64,000 nt of DNA, from positions 19,654,001 to 19,718,000 of the forward strand of contig NC_043001.1 of NCBI RefSeq assembly GCF_006345805.1, in the 5' to 3' direction. The position numbers and the translations under genes are program-made. This DNA is from Octopus sinensis. Its lineage: Eukaryota. Below the pieces are notes generated by a model. It ran no database searches. It worked only from the letters and a program-made list of their open reading frames with translations, and was not told the origin of the DNA. This document shows positions 49,546 through 62,344 of this stretch, in pieces; position 1 is the first letter of the stretch, and every line of letters begins with the position of its first letter.

Positions 49546-51101
49546 TTGAATGGTTTTTCCCCAGTGTGGATACGTAGATGTAATTGTAGCATAGCTTTGC
49601 GTGCTGTTGAATGACCACAGTATGAACACACATATGGTTTGATCTTACTGTGGACAGCTTGTACATGTTTACTTAAACACTTCTGATTAGCAAAAGTCCG
49701 TTTACAAATGTCACACTGTTTGGTGGTATACCAACGGTCAGCATCATTTGACTGATGTTCTGCATGGATCATTTGGTGGTTCCTCATCTGACTGAACTGC
49801 TTAAAGCCTTTCCAGCATATATCACATGTATACGGTCTCTGGTCACTATGAATCTCTTTATGAATCAGTAATTTGTGGGTAGTGTCTGTTTTGAACTCAC
49901 AGTTCTCACATGCAAAAAGATCTGTATCAATGGAGTGGCAACGCCAAAGATGCATCCTAAGATGTTTCCAAAGAAGAAATTCAACTGCACACATGTTACA
50001 CTCAAAGAAAGACCTATTTGCATCCTTTTTGTGGCAAGCAATGTGAATCTTTAAACTTTGGTCCTTCTTAAACTTGGCAAAACATCCTTGCAGATTACAC
50101 TTAAGACTGTAGCCTTCTGTAAGAACATTAGTATCTTTGTTCTTTCTTTTCTTTTTACCTAAATAATAATCATCTTTCAGAGCTTTTGGTGGGCGAATTT
50201 TTCTACGACTCCGTCCTTTGCGTGAATACCATTCGCTATTTTCATCTTCCTCCCAGTCCTTGTCTGAAACAGGTGAAGAGGATCTCTGAGGTAATGGGTT
50301 TTTCCGTTTTCTACCTGGCTTTTTTTTGGTAGACACAACTTGTGTTCCAACACTGACTCTATTAACAGGTTCTCCAGGTAACTGATTGTCTTCATTGTGG
50401 GGCAAAATATTGTGGACTTGCACGATATGGGATTTACATTCTTCAATACTGTTAAACCCAATTCTACATTGGCCACACAGAAACAATTCTTTCGTAAGAA
50501 CATCATCCCCTTCAATATTAGGTTCGGAAAAGTCGTCAGAAGCAGCAACAGAAAACTGACTAATTGCTTGTGAATTAATTTCAGATTCATTAACAAAAGT
50601 CAACGAGTCTTCAACTGTTGTTGTAGCTTCCAGAGGAATGTAAGATGGTACAATATTTCCAGTTGATAAGATATCGTTGTGAGTTGGAATCATTTGGGGC
50701 TCGTTTAAAGAACCTTGAGTGAAAATAACTTGTTGATGATTTGAGGCTAACTCTATCAATGACCCTGCATCAGATTTTTCAATCAAAGAAACAGAGTCTA
50801 CATCTGACAATGAAGATGCTTCTTGAGAAACGGCTACAGACTGGGTCTTAGACAGATCAGGTATTGTCTCTTCCTCAACAGTGACATCCCCTGAAGAACT
50901 TTCTGCTTGTTCGATATCAGGCATATTTGAAATCGTACTCAATTTGGAAGGAGTTGTCTTGATATGCACATTACGAACGTGTATGCCAATCTCTTGAGGC
51001 TGGTTGCAGGAGAAATTACAGAATCGGCATTTGTATGTAGTAACAACATCCATGTAATCAGTAAGATTAACATCCGTAAATCTGTCGACTGTTGAAGCCA
51101 T
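49546..51101 (-). CDS. Multi-C2H2 zinc-finger protein, coding exon 1 (fingers 1-8, basic KKKPGRKRK patch); spliced product 817 aa, 11 fingers
   Basis: ATG at 51101; donor AA|GTAAGT (GT 49545-49544); 814-bp intron. Upstream acceptor ttcttgttcatctag (AG 51154-51153) implies a non-coding 5' exon. Confidence 0.92.
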
Positions 51102-51379
51102 TTTCTGTCTTTTGGAGTTTGTTTTTCAGGAAAGCTAAGTTCAATGTTGCATCTAGATGAACAAGAAGGATAAAAAAGATATGTTTATTAATTATACAAT
51201 AATTTCAAAAACAGAGCAGGGTGGGATATAAATACAATTCTCTTTTCCACATATACATATTTCTGAAAATGGTAATATATAAAATAATTTAATATAAATT
51301 ACTAAGTTGAGGAAAAAGTTTGTGCGCCATATTAAAATACTGATTTTTTTATGCAAGAATTTATTCAAAATCAACAACA

Positions 51380-51700
51380 ACTATTCTTCAAAATAACGAC
51401 CATCATTTTCCACGACCTTCTGCCAACGATCTGCAAGCTTTCGGATTTGGTTGAAGTACCAATCCTTTGACTTTGAAGCAAAACATTCTTGACAGGCTTC
51501 TTCACCTCCATCGAATAAACCCAAATCAGCGATCTTTCACAAAGTGCTGCATTGATTGGAAGAGACCTTAGTCAGATGGAGGAGCATCATCTGGACTATA
51601 TGGTTGGATGCAGCAGAACTTCCACACTGATCAATTCTTCAATCTTGTTGTTGGTCTTTCTGGTGGTATGACTTGGCACAGGAGCAACAGACAAAAATCA
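51380..51700 (-). mobile_element. mariner transposase relic (C-terminus)
   Basis: Degenerate EVLLHP.YSPD.AP.SD.LF...FASKSKDWYFNQIRKLADRWQKVVENDGRYFEE*. Confidence 0.8.
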
Positions 51701-53190
51701 GCCAACTTTGCTTCATATATTATAGTATACTGGTAATTTCTTTTGCTTTTCTTTTCTTTTTAATTCTTACAGCTGGATGCCTATTTCATCCCCAACCACT
51801 TTACATTGGGCCTGGTTGCATTTTATAATGTCTTAGCAGTAGGGGTTGTCTGTAGCTGAACTAAAAAGTTCTTGCTATCCTTCCTTACAAACACACTCCA
51901 AACTTTAACCCACAGGTGTCTTATCTCCCTTCTCTGTTTTTTTTTTTTTTATCATCTACTACAACACTTTATTTTTTGCAACTGGCTGACCATGTACCAC
52001 ATCTACTCAGATACTCCTCTTCTTGCTATTCATATGGTGTTCACACCCCACCTCAAGCCACACACAAACCAATACAGCTAGTTTTTCCTTCACAAAATGT
52101 TGGACTCCTGAAATTCTCTTCTTGTAACTGTTCAGAAGGAAGGTGAACCACATTCATTTCACATGTCCTGCAAAAGCTATGAACACAATCTCTTCCTCCG
52201 ATCCAATCCTATATTAAAAAATAAATATCATCATCATCATCATTTGGTGTCTGCTATCCATGCTGGCATGGGTTGAATGGTTTGACTGAAACTGGTAAGC
52301 TGAAGGGCTACACCAGGTTCCAATCTGATTTGGCATGGTTTCTATGGCTGGATGCCCTTCCTAACACCAAATATGTATATAAATAAAATATACCAATTAA
52401 AGAAATGAACATAAAAGACTAGCACTTCATCACTTTCCCAAGTATTTCCACAAGTGTGATAACCAATTATTCCTTCTATAGCAAGACACCTATGCTTGGC
52501 TCATCAGATTTTCCCTTTTCTCTATTCTTTTTCTGTCTTGTAAGTTACATGATAACCTCATGACACAAAAAAAGCACCCAGTACATGCAGAAATATGGTT
52601 GGCATCAGGAAGGGCATCCAGCTAGTGAAGCCATGCTAAAGCTGATAATGGAGCTTGACGCTGCCCTGCAGCTTGCTGGATCTTATCAAACTATGCAACC
52701 GAACTCAGTATGGAAAATGGACATCAAATGATGGTGATGATTGTAATGTATTATGACAAGGTACATAAGTTAATTGTATTTAGGGGTTGCAGGATCGCAG
52801 GACGGCCTGCTGTGCTTACCTTGGATCATAGAGCGACCTGCTGTGCTTGAGGAGACCTATTGAGTCAAGTACATCAACATCAAAATAAAAAGCAAATGGA
52901 AATTGTAGTTGTGATACCTGTGTCAGTGGCACATAAAAAGCACCATCCGAACGTGGCCAATGCCAGCGCCGCCTTGACTGGCTTCCATGCCGGTGGCACG
53001 TAAAAAGCACCAACCGATCGTGGCCGTTGCCAGCCTCCTCTGGCCCCTGTGCCAGTGGCACGTAAAAAGCACCCACCACACTCATGGAGTGCTTGGTGTT
53101 AGGAAGGGCATCCAGCTGTAGAAACACTGCCAGATCAGACTGGAGCATGGTACAGCTTTCTGGATTTCCAGACCCCAGTCGAACCGTCCA

Positions 53191-53375
53191 ATTAAGATAT
53201 TCATTGTGAGTAAAACTGGCTAGACAGAAATTGTATGGAAGCCCATAAGATGGATTATATTTGTCATTCAAAACCCTAGCCTTCTCATAAGCTGGGTCAT
53301 GCTGATTCTGCCCTTTTCATTAAGAGTGCAGGGCCTGCAGAACACTCAAAACAATTTACATAACTTAATGATTAG
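53191..53375 (+). repeat. 185-bp insertion copied from 53526-53540 plus 53599-53773
   Basis: Direct sequence match; it interrupts the RTE UTR between gaaccgtcca and gctagcatgg. Confidence 0.85.
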
Positions 53376-53817
53376 GCTAGCATGGAAAACGGACGTTAAA
53401 CGATGATGATGATGAATATATTAACAATGTGAATCAATAAGCATTACATTTGACAGAGTAATCTGAATGCTGAAGAGTTAAGGGAATTTTAATAAAAAAT
53501 TCATTTCTGCTGATATAAAACTGAAATTAAGATATTCATTTGGCAATCAAGAGGTCCTTAGGCAAGTGTCTTTTATAATAGCTTCAGGTCAATTAAAGCA
53601 TTGTGAGTAAAACTGGCTAGACAGAAATTGTATGGAAGCCCATAAGATGGATTATATTTGTCATTCAAAACCCTAGCCTTCTCATAAGCTGGGTCATGCT
53701 GATTCTGCCCTTTTCATTAAGAGTACATGGGCCTGCAGAACACTCAAAACAATTTACATAACTTAATGATTAGATAATAAAAAATCTCAGAGCGAGTTAT
53801 AAACAGTAGCTACGACA

Positions 53818-53957
53818 CATCGTGACGTATATTTGCCATTTAAATATGGCTAACCCCTAAGGGTGGATGCTACTGTAGTCCTCCTGGGGCTACAAACTAC
53901 AATAGCTTCCACTCTTAGGGGTTAGCCATATTTAAATGGCAAATATACATCACAATG
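53818..53957. repeat. ~60-bp inverted repeat with short loop
   Basis: 53818-53878 is complementary to 53897-53957 with ~5 mismatches. Confidence 0.85.
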
Positions 53958-56846
53958 ATTAGATAAATAACTGAAAAATCATGAATTCTGCCATCTATTT
54001 GATTGTATTACATTAAATATGTTGTTTCTCCACTTAATTATGACCTTCATATAAAAGGCATCCTTGGAAAATCCACACACACAGACATAACTGCACTTAT
54101 TCAATAATTGTTTGCTCAAAATCTTTATACCTCAGTGACTTAGTGTTTCTGGTAAAATTTTGCTTCTCTGAGATCTTATAACATCAAAACAGGTTCAGGT
54201 ATTACCATACGGACTAAGGTTATTACCACATGGCCCCACTGAATGTCCCATTCAAACTAAATGTAGATTACGAAGTTGCCTCCCTTGCTTTTCTTGATCT
54301 GAGTTCATTAGAAAAACCCATGTCTTTTTTCCCATTTGGTAAGAGTGTAATTTTGAATTCATAGAAAATACATTAATCCACATTTAACTATATATTCTTC
54401 AGGTCATGGATGTGATTTGAATAGAAGTTTTATTTATTTTTCTCAAAGATCACCTTCACTCAAATCACATTTATCTGAACAATGCTTTATTCAGTATGTA
54501 AAAAAGGAAAAGGAAAATATTTTTATCTACTATACTGTAATTAATATATTCCCTCTGAACAACATAATGAGTACTCCCACGTTTGTGAAACTACTTCTCC
54601 CAACATCGCTTGACAACTGATGCTGGTGTGTTTACGTTCCCATAACTTAGCGGTTCGGCAAAAAGAGACCGATAGAATAAGTACTAGGCTTGCAAAGAGT
54701 AAGTCCTGGGGTCGATTTGTTCGACTAAATGCGCTGCTCCAGCATGGCCACAGTCAAATGACTGAAACAAGTAAAAGAAACACACACACTCAGAGGGTGG
54801 CTGACACTTTGATTTTGAACACTTTCTTATTGCAGACACATCTAATTAAGTTTGGCATAATATTGTCCAGAAAAATAAAAATAAAAATCGATCAACATCA
54901 ATGGAAATTGTAGCTGTGATACCAGTGCCGGTGGCACGTAAGAGAACCAACCGAACGTAGCCATTGCCAGCGCCGCCCCGACTGGCCTCCATGCCAGTGG
55001 CACGTAAAAAGCACCATCCGATCATGGCCGTTTGCCAGCCTCCCCTGGCACCTGTGCAGGTGGCACGTAAAAAGCACCCATACACTCACAGAGTGGTTGG
55101 CGTTAGGAAGGGCATCCAGCTGTAGAAACACTGCCAGATCAGACTGGGCCTGGCACAGCCTTCTGGCTTCCCAGACCCCAGTTGAATCGTCCAACCCATG
55201 CTAGCATGGAATATGGACGTTAAACGATGATGATGATGATGATGAATCTCAACAACAGTGGCTCTGCCCTTGTGCAATCCAAAAGGAATTTTCAACCCAG
55301 CAGTAGATAAGAATACCTTTGGACATAACAAACAGTAACATACCACACATTAATCCACATTTGATTGATGCTATGTGTTGGTCAAACAATCCATCTTCAT
55401 GATTGCAAGCTTCTGAAGCAATAACTTATGGTGAATTAGTTTTTGGTGTCTCCAGCACAAACCATAAAAGATTTCATGATGTCACAAAAGACTATCCTAA
55501 GTCCTTGAACATAAACTTCATTACATGAGAAATTCTTGCACTGAACAGAAGCAAATGGCAGTCTGTATTAAGAAGAACAACTATTAATTGGAGAAAAATT
55601 ATCCCCCAACTAATGAAATGTAATGCCTGAAAGTTACTCTGTGGAATTTTTTTATAGTAGAGGGTTCAGAGATAATCTCACCTGTTCTATCTGTAGTTGG
55701 AGCAACATACATGTAAGCATATCACATTGGCCTCCCGATAAGTGACCTTTTATGGATGGCGAAACCAGCCTTTGAAAGAGTACTGCAACTCTTTGGTAGC
55801 ACTGGCATCCATGCTAGTGGAGCACTAAGAGTACCATCCAAGCGTGATCGTTGCCAGAGCGGCTAACTGGCTTCAGTGCCAGTGGCACGTAAAATGCACC
55901 ATTCGAGAATGATCGTTACCAACGTCGCCTTACTGGCACATGAAAAAACATTCGAGCGAGGTCATTGCTAGTGCCGCTGGACTGGCTCCTGTGCAGGTAG
56001 CACATAAAAAACACCATTTGAGCGTGGTCGTTGCCAGTACCGCCTGACTGGTCCTGCGTGCCGGTGGCACGTAAAAGCACCCACTACACTCTCGGTGTGG
56101 TTGGCGTTAGGAAGGGCATCCAGCAGTAGAAACTGCCAGATCAGATTGGAGCCTGGTGCAGCCATCTGGTCCGCCAATCCACAGTCAAATCATCCAACCC
56201 ATGCTAGCATGGAAAGCGGACGTTAAACGAACGATGGTAGCACTTCAATATCAACCTGCATTTCAATGGAATTGCCAACATAGCTGAGTAGTTAAGAAAC
56301 TTACTTTGCAACCACATGGTTTCAGATTCAGGGCTACTGCACAGCACTTTGGGCCAGTGACTTCTACTATGGTTCTGTGCCAACTATGCCTTGAGAGTGA
56401 ATTTGGTAGATGGAAACTGTGCAGAAGCTTTGACAGTGTTGGTTTGTTTACGTCCCCGTAACTATTCGGTTCGATATAAAATACCATTTCAATAAATACC
56501 AGACTTTAAAAATATGTACCGGTGTTGATTTATCCAACTAAACCCTTCGTGGTGGTGCCGCAGCATCGCCACAATCAAACGTCCGAAATAAATAAGATCG
56601 ATCTTCACAATTTTGCCTTGATTTAATCATTCTTACAAATGTATTCAATGAAAAAATAATTCAAATGCCTTCAAAACCTTTATTGTGTGACCCTTATCCA
56701 TAGTCTCCAAATAAATTTTCCCAAAGTTATATGATACGAGTAAATATCCACATTTTAAAAACATAGTAAGCAGATATAACACCAATTTAGCAACTGTACT
56801 CGCAGAATACTTGAATGTATTTTATGATTGATCCCTAGTTTCTTAC

Positions 56847-57110
56847 CATAGGGCAATCTTTCGTTTTGACTCGTCAGATGTTTACATTTCTGCGAGTCAT
56901 ATCGCAACATCGCCACCGATTCTAGGCGATCCTGGAGTTAACATTTAGCTTTACTACAATTCCAAGTACGTAAATAACATCATTCTCTGACAACTTCACA
57001 GAAACACCAACACAATTCTGAAGAACTTTAGAACCTTCTGAAGGATGAAACGCGAAGTCGATCACGGCGAGATCCAGCGCTAGACATGCAAGAAATAACA
57101 GCAAATTCTC
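56847..57110 (-). promoter_or_regulatory. Candidate non-coding 5' exon of the 11-finger gene
   Basis: Donor TATG|GTAAGA (GT 56846-56845) in a CpG-enriched patch. Partly overlaps a degenerate SINE-like stretch, so uncertain. Confidence 0.3.
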
Positions 57111-57803
57111 ACAAATAACATTTTACCACCTTAAATACATAAGGACAAATCGAACAATGGGCGATACTTTATGAACCCAAAAGGAAATACTAACAGACAC
57201 CAGAATAACATACACTAATATCGATCATTGCATTTTCTAAAAATAAATGGATAAATAAAGCCTTGTTTCAAATGATATTTAATCATGTTTTAAGTATAAA
57301 ACGTAAATGTATTCAGCAAGGGTGGTATTGATTAGTTACTTATACAAGATTTATCTGGAGTCTATCCTTAAGCGTATCTTAATAAAACAAGATTGAAATT
57401 TCATATTTGAAATATGCTTCTTTAGAAAATTTAATGACGTTCATATTGGTATTTTACCCTATTATTCCTGGATTTGTTAGTATTTACTTTTGGCCAAAAT
57501 GCAAAGGATCACCGGACAATGTAATCTGAGATATGCAAAAAAAATAATAAAATAAACGAGATGGTCACAGATGGAACGCTTTTAATTATAGACTACCTTT
57601 AATCTCAAAAATTAGCTTGCTTTTTTCAAAAAAAAAAATGTTTTTAAAGGCGACACAAGTGAAATAAATTTGAAAGCGTTATTTCGTTGGTTTTAGTTTA
57701 AAATATATTTAAAAATCCTGAAAGCCATCTACTGTGTGTTAAATTCTTCATTTGCAGAGCGCTTTATCAGTAAACATATTTAAAGGAATACTATTAGTTA
57801 GAA

Positions 57804-58369
57804 TTTTAGAATTCAGATTCTTCTGTGAATTACATTCATGCTGTGGCCAGTGGAACAAATTAAAGATCTCTATAGATTGCTGAGCAATTTTATACAAGCA
57901 TGGTTTTCGGTACTTGTACCTGGTTTTCTTTAGAATGGATTGGACATGTGCTTAGTAAATAGAAATTTAGGTGTTGAGATAAAAGAATGTTTTTGCTATA
58001 TTAAGAAAATTGATGTACAAAATATTCTTCACTCATTTATGAGCATTTCAGGAAAGTCTGATAAAAATTTGGTAAATTTTTTATACATATGCAATTATTT
58101 AGAATTCAGATTCTTCTGCGAATTACATTCATGCTGTGGCCAGTGGAACAAATTAAAGATCTCTATAGATTGTTGAGCAATTTTATACAAGCATGGTTTT
58201 CTTTAGAATGGATTGGACATGTGCTTAGTAAATAGAAATTTATTCTTGAGATATAAGAATGTTTTTGCTATATTAAGAAAATTGATGTACAAAATATTCT
58301 TCACTCATGTCTGAGCATTTCAGGAAAATCTGTTAAAAATTTGGTAAATTTTTTATATATATGCAATTA
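57804..58369 (+). repeat. Tandem duplication, period 293 bp
   Basis: agaattcagattcttctg at 57808 and 58101; the second copy lacks 20 bp bounded by tggttttc repeats. Confidence 0.9.
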
Positions 58370-58982
58370 ATTATTTAAATTGAATTTAAATAATTTTAAA
58401 TAATTTTCATGAATATTTTGAATAAATTAATGTTACATACAAGCACACCTTCAATAATATATATATTTTTTGGCTTCTCAGAATAAGATATTGTTAGAAT
58501 AATGTTATAAGTGAAATCTTTAAACGATATATTGAAAATATCTGGTAAGAATTAAGAGGTAGTTTAAAGAGATAAATACAAAAATTGAGACAAAACGAAA
58601 AACATGAGGATTTTCGGGCGAACAAGGATATCCTCTACGCCATATGTAATATCTGAGAACCGACGTGCAAGTCATTGTATTTTCATGAATAATAATAGTC
58701 ATTGCAAAAAACAAGATGAAATATCATAACTATACTAACCTTGGAGATTAATGTAATATAAATTTTAAGAAACTGTGCTGTTTAATTCATCGAAATATTG
58801 CGATTTGAACATATTTTAGTGAGAAAAAGCGCTAGAGGCTAAGCTTCAATGTAGCAGCAAATAAAACAGAGGGAAACAATAGGTTTATAATAGAAGCGAC
58901 GAAGGGAAGTAACTCGTGTGGGTCGGAAAGGCAGCGTTTGTTGTAGCAGACGATTTATTTCTAAGAATTTGCCTGAGAAAAT

Positions 58983-60356
58983 ATGTCTGAGACATGGGCA
59001 GCAGTTGGAATTGACCAAATGGAAGATTTACCTGTTCATGTAGCAGTAGAAGAACTAATACGCATGATATTCTTAGAACAAAAGCAACAATTTGTAAGGG
59101 ATAAGTTTTCACTTACCCTTGATATAAAATCATGCAACACTGGAAATGATAGCACCCAACAAGAATTGTTTAAAATTAAATTATATTGCATTAGCAGTAT
59201 TTCAGATATTTCTGTGTATCTTAAGGAAGGATTAATCAAAACATTGCAATTCTTAGTAGAAAGAATGCAATCCTTGATTAAAAATGAAAGTCACTTATGT
59301 CAAATTCAAAAGTGTCATTTGAATGACAATCATGCTTTGCAAAGGAATTATTTTTTTATTAAAAATCCTCAAAATAAAACCACTGACTTAAGTGAAATTT
59401 CTCTAAGTATCAACAGAGTCCTTCAAAGTCAAGCTACATGGTATTTGAGAATCTACCAAAATCATGCGCATATGCTGAGTGAATGTAGCAAAATTCTTGA
59501 TTATCTGAAAAAAATAAGAATTTTAAACCCATCAGATGAATTCAAGTTTAAATTAAAAGTATCAGGTATCAAATGCAACCCTGATTTATCTACTAATAAC
59601 TATATTGAACTGTGTAATAAAAGAATACTCATTGGTTTACATCAAAATACTAAAACTGGTAAGACAGATGATATTTCAGGAAAGACTTTCATAGGTACTA
59701 CAACATCTTTAACTATTTCCACCAAAGAAAATATTTTCCGGAATATCTTTACTTTGACTTGTCTTGGTTTTCTTTTCCCTCTTGCAGAAGAAGATGCTGG
59801 AGAAAAACAGCATTTAGTTGAATTTTTCTCCTTTGGTCCCTATGGTGAACCCTTAAAACTTCCACATACAATTTTAAATTTTATTTCATGGGAGAAATAC
59901 AATCTAAAAGCTTTGCTAAATAATTCCTTTGAAAATAGAAACAGTTCTTTACAGCCAGAACAATGTCTTGTTACACAACTAACAAATGGAAATACTTTGA
60001 AATGTCAAAAGTTTTGTATTGTTATTTATATAATATTTGACAATACTGATAAAAGACATGCCATGAGCTTACATGTTCTTGGACATCTACATAACAACTT
60101 GAAGTCTGTTTTTGACACCAATGAAAGAAATGTAAGAATAGCAATAGAAAGTTTCACAGATCTTGTCTTTCGTACAGATACTTCAAATCAGGAAAATACA
60201 AATGAAGACAGTTTTTCAAGTGTTAGTGAATCGATTGCAAACGTTGTTCGAAGATCTACAAATGAAGAATTTCGAGAAAGCTGTTTTCATACCATGAAAT
60301 CTAGTTCAGTACAAGAAATGAAAACTGCAATAGCAAAAAGGTTGAAAAAGCTTTGA
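58983..60356 (+). CDS. TOP6BL: Type II DNA topoisomerase VI subunit B-like protein (TOPOVIBL/DUF4554), intronless CDS
   Basis: 457-aa ORF with an in-frame stop just upstream. Motifs AVEELIRMIF, LYCISS, FSFGPYGEPL, ISWEKYNL and VSESIANVVRRSTNEEFRESCFHTMKSSSVQEMKT are collinear with vertebrate TOP6BL as I recall it (AVxEILRxL, LHCxxT, LYGPSGLPL, IDWKKYHL, SIMSILTGSTRSSFRKMCLQTL). No search was run. Confidence 0.65.
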   Translation: MSETWAAVGIDQMEDLPVHVAVEELIRMIFLEQKQQFVRDKFSLTLDIKSCNTGNDSTQQELFKIKLYCISSISDISVYLKEGLIKTLQFLVERMQSLIKNESHLCQIQKCHLNDNHALQRNYFFIKNPQNKTTDLSEISLSINRVLQSQATWYLRIYQNHAHMLSECSKILDYLKKIRILNPSDEFKFKLKVSGIKCNPDLSTNNYIELCNKRILIGLHQNTKTGKTDDISGKTFIGTTTSLTISTKENIFRNIFTLTCLGFLFPLAEEDAGEKQHLVEFFSFGPYGEPLKLPHTILNFISWEKYNLKALLNNSFENRNSSLQPEQCLVTQLTNGNTLKCQKFCIVIYIIFDNTDKRHAMSLHVLGHLHNNLKSVFDTNERNVRIAIESFTDLVFRTDTSNQENTNEDSFSSVSESIANVVRRSTNEEFRESCFHTMKSSSVQEMKTAIAKRLKKL

Positions 60357-62124
60357 ATATTCTTAATTAAAACTTATTAAGAAAACTGATTTTCTCCAAT
60401 TTTATCAAACAAATATTTCAGCATTAAAACATTCCAAAAGAATTAAATTGTGCTCTCATTAAAAATTTCTTCTTAAATATAACTATTTGGGAGGCATCCT
60501 GTGTCTTGTATAATTTGGGAGTGTCAGCTTGCTTAATTTTTCAAGTCGTATCTTGCATACTGTGTTCTCTTCTCTGAGGATCCAGCTGGGGTGACAACTT
60601 GTGTTGGTCAGCTGCAAACCTCATGGCCACAACCAATGCCGAAATGTTTCATTAAAATGGAAACTGACTGGGACACTGCTCAAGATGACCTGAGCAGATA
60701 CCAATAAATGCTGGATGCAGTGATGTATGGCACCTATACCTGGCCTGACCTGATAACTACTTGATACAGTTTACATCAACAATTCTATTGTAATTACTAA
60801 AAGACAATAAGTAATATTAAATATTTCAGGTTTGTGTCATAGTGCCATTGCAGAGTATTAACTTTCAAAAACTGTTACACAAGCCCATGAAGAAGCTTCC
60901 AAAATAGCAACCAAATTTCTTTCATATTATACTTTCCAAAAGAAAAGAAGACACAGGCTAGTATTTTGATCATTTGTCTTGAATTTTATAATTCCAACAA
61001 TTAATTGCTTATTTGATAATTTGGATAATAATATAACTGAAACAGCCATTATATCTTCATTGACATATAATACAGAAACTCAACAGTCCAGCACTACAAG
61101 CTAATAAAATACTCATCAGCTAATATCATTGGTGTTTCATTGAAGTGCCTATTTATATCTAGATGAAGTTTGTAATAGATGTCTTTGTCAATTATAAAAC
61201 ACAGTCACAATTTTCTAAATGTCATGTTTGGAAACTCCGTTAGCTTCAATTTACAATGTATTTATCAAAAAGTACAATTACTAGCTTTTAAAAATTATTA
61301 TATTTTGAAAAGTAAATTTAAAAGCAATAACAGAGATACTTACAAATACACATATATTTAGAACATCTCCTTTCAATACTAAAGAACGTTTGTGTTACCA
61401 TATTGTTTCTATCTTCCTGCCTCTTCATAACATTATACTAAATCAATTATCTATGCTGTTAATAATAATGTGTTTACTGTTTAGATACAATATGTGTATG
61501 TATCAGATAGGGACATATAAACACTTAAGAACAAATAAAACCATTCAACTTGCTTTATTTCATGGCATCATCCAACACACTTATCTGTATACAATTTCAA
61601 ATTTTAGATAAATATTGATTTACTGTTTAAAGAAGGCCATAAACATGGCGAGAACAGATGATTATATCGACCACCCCAGTACTTGACTGCTACTTATTTT
61701 ATCAACCTAGGAAGGAACCCAGCAGGATTTTAATTCAGAATGTAAAAAGCTGTAACTGAATACCTCAGGCTATTTTGTCAGAGGAGTGCCATAGAACAAT
61801 GTTATAACTCAGCAGGATTAGCTTACAATGTAATTTTGGATCATGGTAGAAGCCATTTTATTTATGTCACCAATGCTTTTAGCCAAGAGTTGACTATTCC
61901 ATCATACCTTTAGAAAGTAGTGTCTTTCTATGCAGAACTTGTCCAGGCAAGAACTTTAAATCTGTCTTAAATATGGTAATCATCGTAGAAGGAAAGAGGT
62001 AATTTTTCCCTTTTTCTGACTAGTATACATTAATCTAGTATTTAAAATTTCCTTTTCAGAATAACTGTTTTCTCAATAGATCCTATTCGCAAGTGAGAGA
62101 CTGTTTTTTAAGATGGCATTTTAA

Positions 62125-62344
62125 CCCTTTAGTGTTTAAACCGGCCATATCCAGCCCAAATATTCTAAACGTTTTATATTCAAACTGGCGATATCTAGCC
62201 TCTCACACCTAACCTACAATGTCATGCTAAAAATAAACAATCACATCACTGAAACCTCAAAGCTATAAGATAATGCATGATTAATTCAAAACAATTTGAG
62301 TGAAAAAGTATTACATTTAACAGAGTAATCTGAACACTAAAGGG
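62125..62344 (+). mobile_element. piggyBac-type MITE, intact
   Basis: TTAA|CCCTTTAGTGTT...AACACTAAAGGG|TTAA. Confidence 0.85.

Noticed and set aside
52920-53075. Regularly spaced gtggcacgtaaaaagcacc units resembling a CRISPR array
   Set aside because: Variable-number subunits of the RTE 3' UTR, present in many dispersed copies; eukaryotic context and no cas genes.
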